DNA of 25,105 nucleotides, from positions 1 to 25,105 of the forward strand of contig CAMOCU010000001.1 in NCBI GenBank assembly GCA_946610835.1. Direction: 5' to 3'. Positions 16,986 through 25,105 of the stretch are shown in pieces. How positions within the stretch are numbered: position 1 is the stretch's first letter; every line of letters starts with the position of its first letter. The notes beneath the pieces were generated by a model. That model saw nothing but the letters and a program-made list of their open reading frames with translations, had not been told where the DNA came from and ran no database searches. The DNA comes from an uncultured Clostridia bacterium (GTDB lineage Bacteria; Bacillota; Clostridia; Oscillospirales; Acutalibacteraceae). A program made the position numbers and the translations under genes.

Positions 16986-18826
16986 TCTCACTACACGACG
17001 CCACGCCTGCGGATATTGCAGGTATGAATGCGCTTGAACTGCTTGACGGTGATATGCTGCTGAATCTGTACGAGATCGACAACGTCACGGAACGTGAGCG
17101 AATCCGGACTATGCTGCTGGTTCAGGCAAAGATGCTCGGCGTTAAAAAAGAGTTGGAATCCGTACTGCGGCGGTACGACAAAGAACAGTCAGAGATCGAC
17201 CGTGATTACAGCGGATCTGATCGGCACAGAACTGCGTTCTCATTTCAGGATGCCGCCCTCGATTGCGGGAAGTGGATTGCAGACGACGACGGTGTGCGCA
17301 TCGAATCGCGTGACAGCGTTATGCGCTGGGCGTCTCCGATCCCTGTGATCCCTGCAGCGCTTCTGGAGAACATAAGTACCGGAATCGAGAAGGTACAGCT
17401 GGATTTCAGCAAAGGAGATCGTCAGCGCAGTCTGATCTGCGAACGCAGTACGACCGCTTCCGCGACAAAGATCATCAATCTGGCGGACAAGGGATTGGAA
17501 GTAAATTCCGACAACGCAAAGTATCTCGTGCGGTACATCAGCGATGTTATTGCAAAGAACTTTAAGACGATACCGTACAAGGAGGCCGTTTCCGTTCTCG
17601 GCTGGAACAAGCACGGGTTCATGCCTTACACGAAGGAACTTGTTTTTGACGGAGAGCGCGAAAACCGTCATTTGTTCAAAGCGGTGTCAGAAAAAGGAAG
17701 CTTCGAGCGCTGGAGAGAGATCACGCAGGAACTTCGGCAGAACGAAACCTTGCGGATCATGATGGATGCCTCGTTCGCGTCCGCGCTGATCGAGAAACTG
17801 AACGCGCTGCCGTTTGTGTTCCATCTGTGGGGCAAGACCGGCGGCGGGAAAACTGTGTCTCTGTGCCTCGCTATGTCGATCTGGGGCGATCCTCGTCCGG
17901 GCAAGCTGGTGCGCACGATGAACATGACGCAGAATTCCATGCTTGCGACGGCTGCGTTTCTGAACTCGATCCCGTTTGCCGGGGACGAATTGCAAACGAT
18001 CAAAAGCCGCTTGGACAGCTACGATCAGCTCATCATGCGCGTGACCGAGGGCATCGACCGAGGGCGCATGACATACGACCGGAACAACGAGACGAAGACG
18101 TGGCGCTGCGCGTTCCTGTTCACCGGCGAGGAACCGTGTGTCAAACCATCCAGCGGAGGCGGCGTCGTCAACCGCGTCCTGTCCTATGAGAACACTGAAG
18201 ATCTGTTCACGGCAGAATCCGGCAGCACGGTCATGGCGTTCCTGTCTGAGCATCACGGCCACGCCGGCAGGGTTTTTACGGATTATATCGGGACGCAGAG
18301 CGATCTGCCTGAACGCTTCCGCCGACTGACGGGCGAGGTGCGCAGCTTGACCGGCACGACGGACAAACAGGCGCCCAGCATGGCGATGATTTTGCTGGCC
18401 GACCAACTCGCCGGGGAATGCATCTACAAGAACGAGCAGCCTCTCGACGTTGCCGTATCCGCGCGGTACGTGGCGGACGAAAAAGCTGTGGACGTGTCTG
18501 AGCGTGCATACAGGTTCCTGATGGACACGATCTCGCGCAACTATCGCAAGTTTAACCCAAACGATGATCGCTCTACAGATAACTGGGGAGAAGAACGCGA
18601 CGGCTTTATTTATTTTAACGTCACCGTGTTGCGGCAGGAGCTTGAAAAAGAAGGTTATGATTTCGATGCTCTTAAGCAGAATTGGTCGAAGAACGGCTAT
18701 CTTGTAAAAAACAAAGACAGCTATACGCACGTATGGCGCTATTCAGGTGTACGGTCGCGGTGTGTGAAGCTGCGCACGCCGGATGCGGTTGATTTTAATG
18801 AAATGCAGGAGGAGCTTCCGTTTTGA
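16982..18826 (+). CDS. DUF927-domain replication helicase/ATPase
   Basis: RBS GAGGA, ATG 16982; GTFERW-like GSFERW; Walker A WGKTGGGKT; Walker B AGDELQ; GRGR-like IDRGR; FTGE; GGVVNR. Confidence 0.85.
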   Translation: MISLHDATPADIAGMNALELLDGDMLLNLYEIDNVTERERIRTMLLVQAKMLGVKKELESVLRRYDKEQSEIDRDYSGSDRHRTAFSFQDAALDCGKWIADDDGVRIESRDSVMRWASPIPVIPAALLENISTGIEKVQLDFSKGDRQRSLICERSTTASATKIINLADKGLEVNSDNAKYLVRYISDVIAKNFKTIPYKEAVSVLGWNKHGFMPYTKELVFDGERENRHLFKAVSEKGSFERWREITQELRQNETLRIMMDASFASALIEKLNALPFVFHLWGKTGGGKTVSLCLAMSIWGDPRPGKLVRTMNMTQNSMLATAAFLNSIPFAGDELQTIKSRLDSYDQLIMRVTEGIDRGRMTYDRNNETKTWRCAFLFTGEEPCVKPSSGGGVVNRVLSYENTEDLFTAESGSTVMAFLSEHHGHAGRVFTDYIGTQSDLPERFRRLTGEVRSLTGTTDKQAPSMAMILLADQLAGECIYKNEQPLDVAVSARYVADEKAVDVSERAYRFLMDTISRNYRKFNPNDDRSTDNWGEERDGFIYFNVTVLRQELEKEGYDFDALKQNWSKNGYLVKNKDSYTHVWRYSGVRSRCVKLRTPDAVDFNEMQEELPF

Positions 18827-19050
18827 AGATCGAAGAAGTCAAGCCAGCGATGGCAAGCGGTACGCCGGTGCAGTTTCGTGAACTTCCGGGCAGACCGTTC
18901 ACTGTGATTGAGTATCAACTCAAACTCAGCAAATACCATCCGATCAAGAAACGCAGCGGCAAAGCGTTTTATCATGAGCTTGTGCTGCGCGATGATCAAC
19001 TCGGAACCACGATCAACGTTCTGCTTGAAGACGTGACATTTCTGGAGTAG
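18823..19050 (+). CDS. Small hypothetical protein
   Basis: 75 aa; TTG start overlapping the upstream TGA; RBS AGGAG. Confidence 0.6.
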   Translation: MKIEEVKPAMASGTPVQFRELPGRPFTVIEYQLKLSKYHPIKKRSGKAFYHELVLRDDQLGTTINVLLEDVTFLE

Positions 19051-19367
19051 TTGTCACGGGTCTGTCACGGGTCTGTCACGGGTCTGTCACGGGTTTTTGA
19101 ACCTGACCCGTGACAGATTGAAAAGCGTGAAAACCGTTGATAAATATAATAAATATTATATATATAATAATGATTATTCTATCTGTCACGACTGTCACGC
19201 CATGTAAAAGGGCCTCGCATGAGAATTCAGGTAAAATTCGCGTTTTTTGTATTTTTTTACATATATCCTCTCCAGACCCGTGACAGTCGTGACAACTGCA
19301 AAAAACGTTGATATATAAAGAAAAATCCGTGTCACGGGTTTTGAATTCCAAACAAAAACCCGTGACA
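19032..19367. repeat. Putative phage replication origin: iterons plus AT-rich unwinding element
   Basis: TGTCACGGGTY x4 in tandem (19052-19095); 12 TGTCACG cores in both orientations; AT-rich core at ~19140-19180; non-coding and directly after the helicase module. Confidence 0.8.
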
Positions 19368-19388
19368 GCATAAAAGTGGTGAAAAAAC

Positions 19389-19910
19389 ATGAAATGCATG
19401 GCAAACAGAAAGCAGGCGGCGCGGTATGCGCGGTCTGAAACGGACAGGATGGTCGGCGCGGCGGTCAGGTATTTCGCGACGGCGACGGCGCTTGTGCTTG
19501 CGGCGCGGTTTTATCAGGACGAACGAAAGATCGAGAGGATCCTGCGGGAATTGTTTCGGCAGTTCGACGCGATCCATGAGAAAAATGTCACGCTGGATGA
19601 TTTCACGGCTGTGCTGCGCGAGGAATACGGATGCGAAACGATGATCGACATGCAATCCGAACCGGAGCAGACGCCTGCCGCGCTGACGGTCGATCGGAAC
19701 CTGCGGACGCTCTGCCGGTGGCTGCTCGACGTCCTGTCCGTCAGTCTGCTTGACAAATTCCGCTGGACGCCGCCGGAGATCAAGCGCCTGCAATCGGAAC
19801 TCAAAACATACGTCCCGGCGATCCTCGCAGGCGGTCAAGACATGCCGAAGCTGCTTCGCAAGCTCGAAACGGATCACGGGATCACGCTCAAGGTGACATT
19901 GGAGGATTGA
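19389..19910 (+). CDS. Hypothetical protein with two internal helical repeats
   Basis: 173 aa; LVLAARFYQDERKIERI and SLLDKFRWTPPEIKRL. Confidence 0.7.
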   Translation: MKCMANRKQAARYARSETDRMVGAAVRYFATATALVLAARFYQDERKIERILRELFRQFDAIHEKNVTLDDFTAVLREEYGCETMIDMQSEPEQTPAALTVDRNLRTLCRWLLDVLSVSLLDKFRWTPPEIKRLQSELKTYVPAILAGGQDMPKLLRKLETDHGITLKVTLED

Positions 19911-19912
19911 AC

Positions 19913-20685
19913 ATGCAGTACATGGGCGGCAAACACTACAGCGCAAGACAGATTACGGAGGTCATCACAAATGCGGTATCAAGGCGGCAAAGCAAGAATC
20001 TCATCGGAAATTTCCAAATTGATAATTTCACGGGGGGGGGGGTACGCTTGTCAGCCTTTTCTGCGGTGCGTGCTCGGTCGAAAGCAAGTCGGCAGAACAC
20101 TTTGACCGTGTGATCTTGAATGACAGAAATCCGTACCTGATCGCGCTGCTGCGCGCGGTGCAGGACGGATGGCAGCCGCCGGATGAAATCACGGAGGAGC
20201 AGTATTATTTCATCCGCGATCGCAAAGACGATATGCAAGCGCTTGCAGGATTTGCAGGTTTTGCGTGCTCGTTCGGCGGGAAATTCTTCGGCGGTTTTGC
20301 TCGGGATAAACGCGGTACAAGAAACTTTGCACGTGCCGGAAAAGTAAGTCTGCTGCGCGATATGCAACCGCTGATGCAGGCACAAATCCTGTGCGGTGAT
20401 TACAGAGACGTACCGATCACAGACGACGCGGTGATCTATGCCGATCCGCCGTACGCGGGGACGACAGGGTACAATCACGAGCGGTTCGACACCGAAGCTT
20501 TCTGGCAGTATGCAAGAGAGATGAGCAAAGATCACAGGATGTTTATTTCAGAGATGAACGCGCCGGAGGATTTCATCCCGGTCTGGCAAAAGCAAGTACG
20601 GCGCGATATGAGCTGTAATGCAGAACAGCGGTGCGTCGTGACCGAAAAGCTGTACATACACGAGTCCCGCGCGGCAGAATTCTGA
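19913..20685 (+). CDS. Dam/D12-class N6-adenine DNA methyltransferase, frameshifted at a G11 tract, with two alternative starts (19913, 19971)
   Basis: N-termini MQYMGGK and MRYQGGK; after the tract motif I SLFCGACSV, ILND, YADPPY (motif IV), FISE. Both starts are currently out of frame with the catalytic body. Confidence 0.88.
20032..20042 (+). repeat. G11 homopolymer (contingency tract)
   Basis: tttcacGGGGGGGGGGGtacgc. Confidence 0.95.
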
Positions 20686-20736
20686 CCGTGCACAACCAAA
20701 AAGCGGTTTGATCGAACTATGAACGGAGGAAACAGT

Positions 20737-21126
20737 ATGACGATGCAGGAGCTGTATCAACTGCGCGATCTGCGGCGGGAGATCAGGATGGATACTGAGC
20801 GGCTCGCAGAGCTGGAGACGCGTGCGACACATATCACACAGTCTCTGTCCGGTATGCTGCCAGGCGGCAGCGACGGCAAAGCGCTCGAGCGTCAGGCGGC
20901 CGCAATCGCCGATCTGCGTGTATTGATCGAGCAAAAGCAAGCACGCTGTCAAACACAGCTCCTGCAGCTCGAGCAATACATACAGTCAATCCCGGACTCC
21001 CTTACAAGGCAGATATTCACGCTGCGGTTTGAGGATGGAAAATCATGGCGTTGGATAGCGATCAAAACGCGAAATACAGAAAGCAACGTGCGAAAAATAT
21101 GTAGCAGATACGCAAAAGAGCATTAG
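20737..21126 (+). CDS. Late transcriptional activator (ArpU/RinA/DUF1492-like, sigma region-4 HTH)
   Basis: LTRQIFTLRFEDGKSWRWIAIKTRNTESNVRKICSRY; last gene before the packaging module; GGAGG RBS. Confidence 0.8.
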   Translation: MTMQELYQLRDLRREIRMDTERLAELETRATHITQSLSGMLPGGSDGKALERQAAAIADLRVLIEQKQARCQTQLLQLEQYIQSIPDSLTRQIFTLRFEDGKSWRWIAIKTRNTESNVRKICSRYAKEH

Positions 21127-21127
21127 A

Positions 21128-21160
21128 TTGTCACATTTGTCACGCAACACATGGTATGAT
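21128..21160 (+). promoter_or_regulatory. Putative activator-dependent late promoter
   Basis: TTGTCAC direct repeat (21128, 21137) in place of a -35 box, then TGG-TATGAT extended -10. Confidence 0.6.
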
Positions 21161-21246
21161 GTTATTGTGACCGATCGGCCGGGAGCATGCAGGGGCTTTG
21201 ACCTCCTTTTCTGCTGCATGCTCCATTTGCAAAGGAGGAAAACTGA

Positions 21247-21603
21247 TTGCCGAAAAAAGCAAAGCGACCATGTAAGTTCCCTGGTTGCCCGAACCTCACT
21301 GAAAAAGATTACTGCCAAAAACACGCGACAGTTGCCGCGAAAGCGTATAACAGATATAAGCGCGATCCGGAAAGCAAGCGACGTTATGACGGCAGATGGA
21401 AAAGAATCCGCACAGCGTATGTACAGGAGCATCCGCTGTGCGAAGAATGCTTGCGGCATGGACATATGACGCCTGTGGAAGAAGTACACCACATTGTACC
21501 TCTGTCTATGGGGGGTACCAATGTTTTTAATAATTTAATGAGTTTGTGTCAGTCGTGCCACACTCAAAAGCATATGGAGATTGGAGACCGTAAGACGTTT
21601 TGA
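21247..21603 (+). CDS. HNH endonuclease (packaging-associated, HK97 gp74-like)
   Basis: RPCKFPGC, PLCEEC, EVHHIVPL..GGTN..NLMSLCQSCH; AAAGGAGG RBS with TTG start. Confidence 0.93.
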   Translation: MPKKAKRPCKFPGCPNLTEKDYCQKHATVAAKAYNRYKRDPESKRRYDGRWKRIRTAYVQEHPLCEECLRHGHMTPVEEVHHIVPLSMGGTNVFNNLMSLCQSCHTQKHMEIGDRKTF

Positions 21604-21680
21604 GGCCCGAGGGGGGGTCAAAATCTCTGCGGCCTTCTTCTTTTCAGCGACGTTTGGGTCACGCGCGAATTTTTCCGGAA
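21600..21680. other. Putative cos region
   Basis: Lies between HNH and terS; gcccgagggggggtcaaaatctct...gggtcacgcgcgaatttt, the usual layout for 3'-cos HK97-type phages. Confidence 0.5.
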
Positions 21681-21699
21681 ACTGAACGGGGGGATAGAA

Positions 21700-22191
21700 A
21701 TGGCCAGAGATGGGACTGTACGATCCGGGACAAAGGGGAACAAAGGCGGCGGACAATCCAATCCGAAACCGCCGGATTTATCTGTAATCCCGATAAAACA
21801 TGTAAATATTTCACAATACGAAAAGCCTGATCCGTTTCTGAACGAAAAGCAGGCCGGTGCTGTGACGCTGAAAGGGAGGGATGTATATTACAAGCTTATG
21901 GTTTGGCTCGACCAGGCCGGCTGCAAAAACATCCAGCCGAAGCTTGTGGAAGAGTATGCATTGTCCTATGCCAGATGGCGGCAAGCCGAAAAGCTTATCA
22001 GTAAGCATGGCCTGCTCGCACCGCATCCAACGACAGGCGTTCCGATGACATCACCGTTGGTCAGTGTGTCGCAGGGATATTACAAACAAATGCACGCGGC
22101 ATGGTATGCGATTTGGGACGTCCTCAAAACGACGGCAAAACCGGCTGCAGAGCAGGATGATATGGAGATGCTTCTTGCGGAGATTGGATAA
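21700..22191 (+). CDS. terS: Terminase small subunit (P27-like)
   Basis: MARDGT..G start; LVEEYALSYARWRQAE, HGLLAPHPTTG, SPLV; position. Confidence 0.85.
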   Translation: MARDGTVRSGTKGNKGGGQSNPKPPDLSVIPIKHVNISQYEKPDPFLNEKQAGAVTLKGRDVYYKLMVWLDQAGCKNIQPKLVEEYALSYARWRQAEKLISKHGLLAPHPTTGVPMTSPLVSVSQGYYKQMHAAWYAIWDVLKTTAKPAAEQDDMEMLLAEIG

Positions 22192-22192
22192 A

Positions 22193-22924
22193 ATGGGAGA
22201 TAGCGAACTTTTAAGAGGCATGTCGTCAGATTTCGGCGACGTCATGAACAGTAATTTCTGGAATTTGAATTTGCATTCCGGAGAGGAAAGACCGGGAAAA
22301 GCGAAAAAGGAAAAGGAAGTCATTAACGGCGACAAGCACATGAAGGCATCCAGCCACACGGGGACTGCAGATCATTTGCACAAACGCGTGATTGGAGAAA
22401 TCGCGCTGGAAAAAGAATTGACCTGGCATTTCAAACCGGGGCAAATCTGGCATTGCATATCCAACGGAGATGTGGATTTTTTAAGCTATTTGAGGCTGAT
22501 GGTCAAACAACAGCACGTGCGTTACATGCTGATCGCAACATGGGTCATGCAAATGACAGATGCATTGGAAATGCAAACATGGCTGGAAAAAGGATATGTT
22601 GACAGGATTGATTTTTATTTTGGCGAGATCATGCCGAATTCCTATCGGCCGGTTTACGATAAGGTTTGCAAAGACCTGATCGTGCAAGATGCACGCGTCG
22701 CTGTATTCCGCAATCATTCAAAAGTCTGCGCAGGTTACGGGGATCAATATGCATGGGCAATGGAGAGTAGCGCAAATGTTGTTTCCAATCCTCGATGTGA
22801 AAATATGACGATCTCCATTGACGAGCAGACAGCAGACTTTTACAAGGCGTGGTATGACGGGATCAAAAGCTTCCAGAGGGATTTTGACGGATGGAAACCA
22901 TGGCAAAAAACGAATATACCGTAA
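22193..22924 (+). CDS. Phospholipase D-superfamily (HxK) nuclease-like protein
   Basis: 243 aa from ATG 22193; RNHSKV...MESSANVVSNPRCEN matches the H-x-K...S-x-N...E half-site. Confidence 0.6.
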   Translation: MGDSELLRGMSSDFGDVMNSNFWNLNLHSGEERPGKAKKEKEVINGDKHMKASSHTGTADHLHKRVIGEIALEKELTWHFKPGQIWHCISNGDVDFLSYLRLMVKQQHVRYMLIATWVMQMTDALEMQTWLEKGYVDRIDFYFGEIMPNSYRPVYDKVCKDLIVQDARVAVFRNHSKVCAGYGDQYAWAMESSANVVSNPRCENMTISIDEQTADFYKAWYDGIKSFQRDFDGWKPWQKTNIP

Positions 22925-24492
22925 CACGCTTTATGGCCGACAGCAGTCATTATGACGTTCAAAAGGCAGACCGTGCTGTACGTTTTATTCAAAATTTGAA
23001 GCATACAAAAGGAATCTGGGAAAACAAGCCCTTCCTTCTGCTTCCGTGGCAGGAACAGATTATTCGGGATCTCTTCGGCGTTGTAAAAAAGAACGGATAC
23101 CGGCAATTCACAACAGCTTATGTAGAAATTCCAAAAAAGATGGGCAAATCCGAGCTGGCTGCGGCAATCGCACTACTGTTGCTGTGTGCAGACGGCGAGC
23201 CGAAAGCAGAGGTGTACGGATGTGCTGCGGATCGGCAGCAAGCATCCATTGTTTTCAACGTTGCGGCGGATATGGTTCGCAAATGTGATGCGCTGCAGCG
23301 GCGTATCCGAATTATTCCATCGCGCCGAATGATGGAAACAAAAGACGGGAGTATCTATCAGGTCCTTTCCGCAGAAGTTAACACAAAGCATGGATTTAAT
23401 GTTTCCGGCGTAGTATTCGACGAATTACATGCTCAGCCGAACAGGCGGCTGTTTGACGTCATGACAAAAGGCAGCGGCGACGCACGCACGCAGCCGCTAT
23501 TTTTCCTGATTACAACTGCAGGCACGGATACACATTCTGTGTGTTACCAGCAACATCAAAAAGCAAAAGACATTCTGGAAGGGCGCAAAATCGACGCCAC
23601 TTTTTATCCGGTTATTTACGGCGCAGACGAGGAGGATGACTGGACAGACCCAAAAACATGGTATAAGGCGAATCCTTCGCTTGGCGTAACTGTTGCGCTT
23701 GACAAAGTACAAGCCGCATGCGAGAGCGCAAAGCTGATCCCGGACGAAGAGAACACATTCAGGCAGCTACGATTGAACCAGTGGGTAAAGCAAACTGTGC
23801 GCTGGATGCCGATGCACCTGTGGGACAAATGTGCAATTCCCGCTGATCCCGAAAAGCTTAAAGGACGCGTTTGTTACGGTGGGCTGGATCTGTCCAGTAC
23901 CACAGATATTACAGCGTTTGTGCTTGTATTTCCGCCCACGCCGGAGGATGATCTGTATTATGTTTTGCCGTATTTCTGGATCCCGGCGGAAAATCTTGCG
24001 CAGCGCGTCCGGCGAGATCATGTGCCATATGACGTCTGGCAACGTCAGGGATATTTGATGATGACAGATGGTAATGTCGTGCATTACGGTTTTATTGAAC
24101 GGTTTATTGATGCACTCGGCAAAGATTACAACATCCGAGAGATTGCATTTGATCGCTGGGGTGCGGTACAAATGGTACAAAATCTTGAAGGAATGGGCTT
24201 TACAGTTGTTGCATTTGGCCAAGGATTTCGTGATATGTCGCCGCCGAGCAAAGAGCTGATGAAGCTTGTGCTCGAGGGTAAAATTGCACACGGCGGGCAC
24301 CCAGTGTTGCGCTGGATGCTCGACAATGTGACGGTGCGTACAGACCCGGCCGGCAACATCAAGCCGGACAAAGAACGTTCGACGGAAAAGATCGACGGCG
24401 CGATCGCGCTGATTATGGCGCTTTCGAGAGCAATCGTAAACGGGAATAACAGCGGCTCTGTTTATGACAGCAGGTCGCTGCTTTTTATTTGA
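22900..24492 (+). CDS. terL: Terminase large subunit
   Basis: LLPWQ, Walker A IPKKMGKS, Walker B VVFDELH, ITTAG, GGLDLSSTTD, AFDRWG, KIDGAIA. Confidence 0.97.
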   Translation: MAKNEYTVTRFMADSSHYDVQKADRAVRFIQNLKHTKGIWENKPFLLLPWQEQIIRDLFGVVKKNGYRQFTTAYVEIPKKMGKSELAAAIALLLLCADGEPKAEVYGCAADRQQASIVFNVAADMVRKCDALQRRIRIIPSRRMMETKDGSIYQVLSAEVNTKHGFNVSGVVFDELHAQPNRRLFDVMTKGSGDARTQPLFFLITTAGTDTHSVCYQQHQKAKDILEGRKIDATFYPVIYGADEEDDWTDPKTWYKANPSLGVTVALDKVQAACESAKLIPDEENTFRQLRLNQWVKQTVRWMPMHLWDKCAIPADPEKLKGRVCYGGLDLSSTTDITAFVLVFPPTPEDDLYYVLPYFWIPAENLAQRVRRDHVPYDVWQRQGYLMMTDGNVVHYGFIERFIDALGKDYNIREIAFDRWGAVQMVQNLEGMGFTVVAFGQGFRDMSPPSKELMKLVLEGKIAHGGHPVLRWMLDNVTVRTDPAGNIKPDKERSTEKIDGAIALIMALSRAIVNGNNSGSVYDSRSLLFI

Positions 24493-24505
24493 TGAGGTGG
24501 GGAAC

Positions 24506-25105
24506 ATGGCAAGCTTGAAAAAGCTGTTTCGCTCACGGAGCAAGCTTCAAAACCGTCTCGCCGGAAGCGGCGGTATGGTGTATATGGGTTATTCGACATC
24601 TGGTAATGTTGTAACAGAGCGATCTGCCATGCAGATGACTGCCGTATACGCCTGCGTCAGAATTCTTGCCGAGGCAGTTGCCGCTTTGCCGCTGCATCTT
24701 TATCGGTACAAAGACGGCGCAAAAGAAAAAGCGACAGACAATCTACTGTATTTTTTGCTGCATGACGAACCAAATCCTGAAATGAGCAGCTTCACATTTC
24801 GCGAGACGCTGATGACGCATCTGCTGTTGTGGGGCAACGCTTATGCACAGATTATACGGAACGGCAAAGGTGAGATCGTTGCGCTTTATCCGCTCATGCC
24901 TACGCGCATGACAGTGGACAGAGATGATACCGGGAGGATCGTGTACATATACAGCCGATATGATGATGAGGCGCAAAAAGGAGTAGGAACTGTAGTGTTG
25001 GATTCGTCTGATGTGCTGCATGTTCCCGGTCTCGGTTATGACGGTCTGGTGGGGTATTCGCCGATCGCAATGGCAAAGAACGCAATCGGCCTTGCGATCG
25101 CGACC
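24506..25105 (+). CDS. Phage portal protein, HK97 family (partial)
   Basis: Manual translation: SAMQMTAVYACVRILAEAVAALPLHLY...EPNPEMSSFTFRETLMTHLLLWGNAY...YDGLVGYSPI; open to the window edge. Confidence 0.95.
   Translation, partial: MASLKKLFRSRSKLQNRLAGSGGMVYMGYSTSGNVVTERSAMQMTAVYACVRILAEAVAALPLHLYRYKDGAKEKATDNLLYFLLHDEPNPEMSSFTFRETLMTHLLLWGNAYAQIIRNGKGEIVALYPLMPTRMTVDRDDTGRIVYIYSRYDDEAQKGVGTVVLDSSDVLHVPGLGYDGLVGYSPIAMAKNAIGLAIAT

Larger units (their letters stand above)
2450..25105. mobile_element. Temperate prophage, left arm (integrase to portal); continues past right edge
   Basis: Canonical order int - repressor // cro - early genes - replication - late activator - HNH - terS - terL - portal. 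The left boundary is approximate and inferred from the integrase stop. Confidence 0.96.

Noticed and set aside
19052-19095. Repeat array as a CRISPR
   Set aside because: 11-bp units with no spacers and no cas genes; fits iterons.
20110-20685. 191-aa ORF as a stand-alone MTase
   Set aside because: Lacks motifs X and I and has no convincing RBS; it is the body of the frameshifted gene.
9599-20685. Inferring MTase target sites from motif avoidance
   Set aside because: GATC is common in the window, and avoidance statistics cannot be computed by eye.
21611-21617. G7 run as a second phase-variable tract
   Set aside because: Intergenic, short, and typical of cos regions.
1-25105. Diversity-generating retroelement, retron, introns/inteins, toxin-antitoxin pair
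   Set aside because: No reverse transcriptase motifs, TR/VR pairs, intein signatures or recognisable TA pair seen; tail genes lie outside the window.

Overview
The left ~2.4 kb is host DNA: the 5' part of a minus-strand lactocepin-like S8 serine protease with its promoter. From ~2450 to the right edge is the left arm of an apparently intact temperate siphovirus-type prophage of a Clostridia-like Bacillota host. Its modules are: tyrosine integrase; a lysogeny operon (LexA/CI-like repressor, DEDDh-BRCT exonuclease, Cys-rich protein); a CI/Cro switch with four 15-bp operators; small early genes; a C5-cytosine MTase; a recombination/replication module (SMC-like ATPase, PD-(D/E)XK nuclease, SSB, ERCC4, CHC2 Zn finger, DUF927 helicase); an iteron origin; an adenine MTase; a late activator; HNH/cos, terminase and portal. 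The top finding is the Dam-family adenine MTase, which has two alternative N-termini in different frames, each with its own RBS and Y-x-GGK motif, ahead of a G11 tract, so tract length would select isoform A, isoform B or OFF. Other findings are two antisense mini-transcription units (one with an anti-SD switch on the integrase leader), a PLD-like nuclease between terS and terL, a possible pseudoknot over the HNH RBS, and a repeat-bounded gene cassette. All calls are by-eye motif recognition; no database searches were run.
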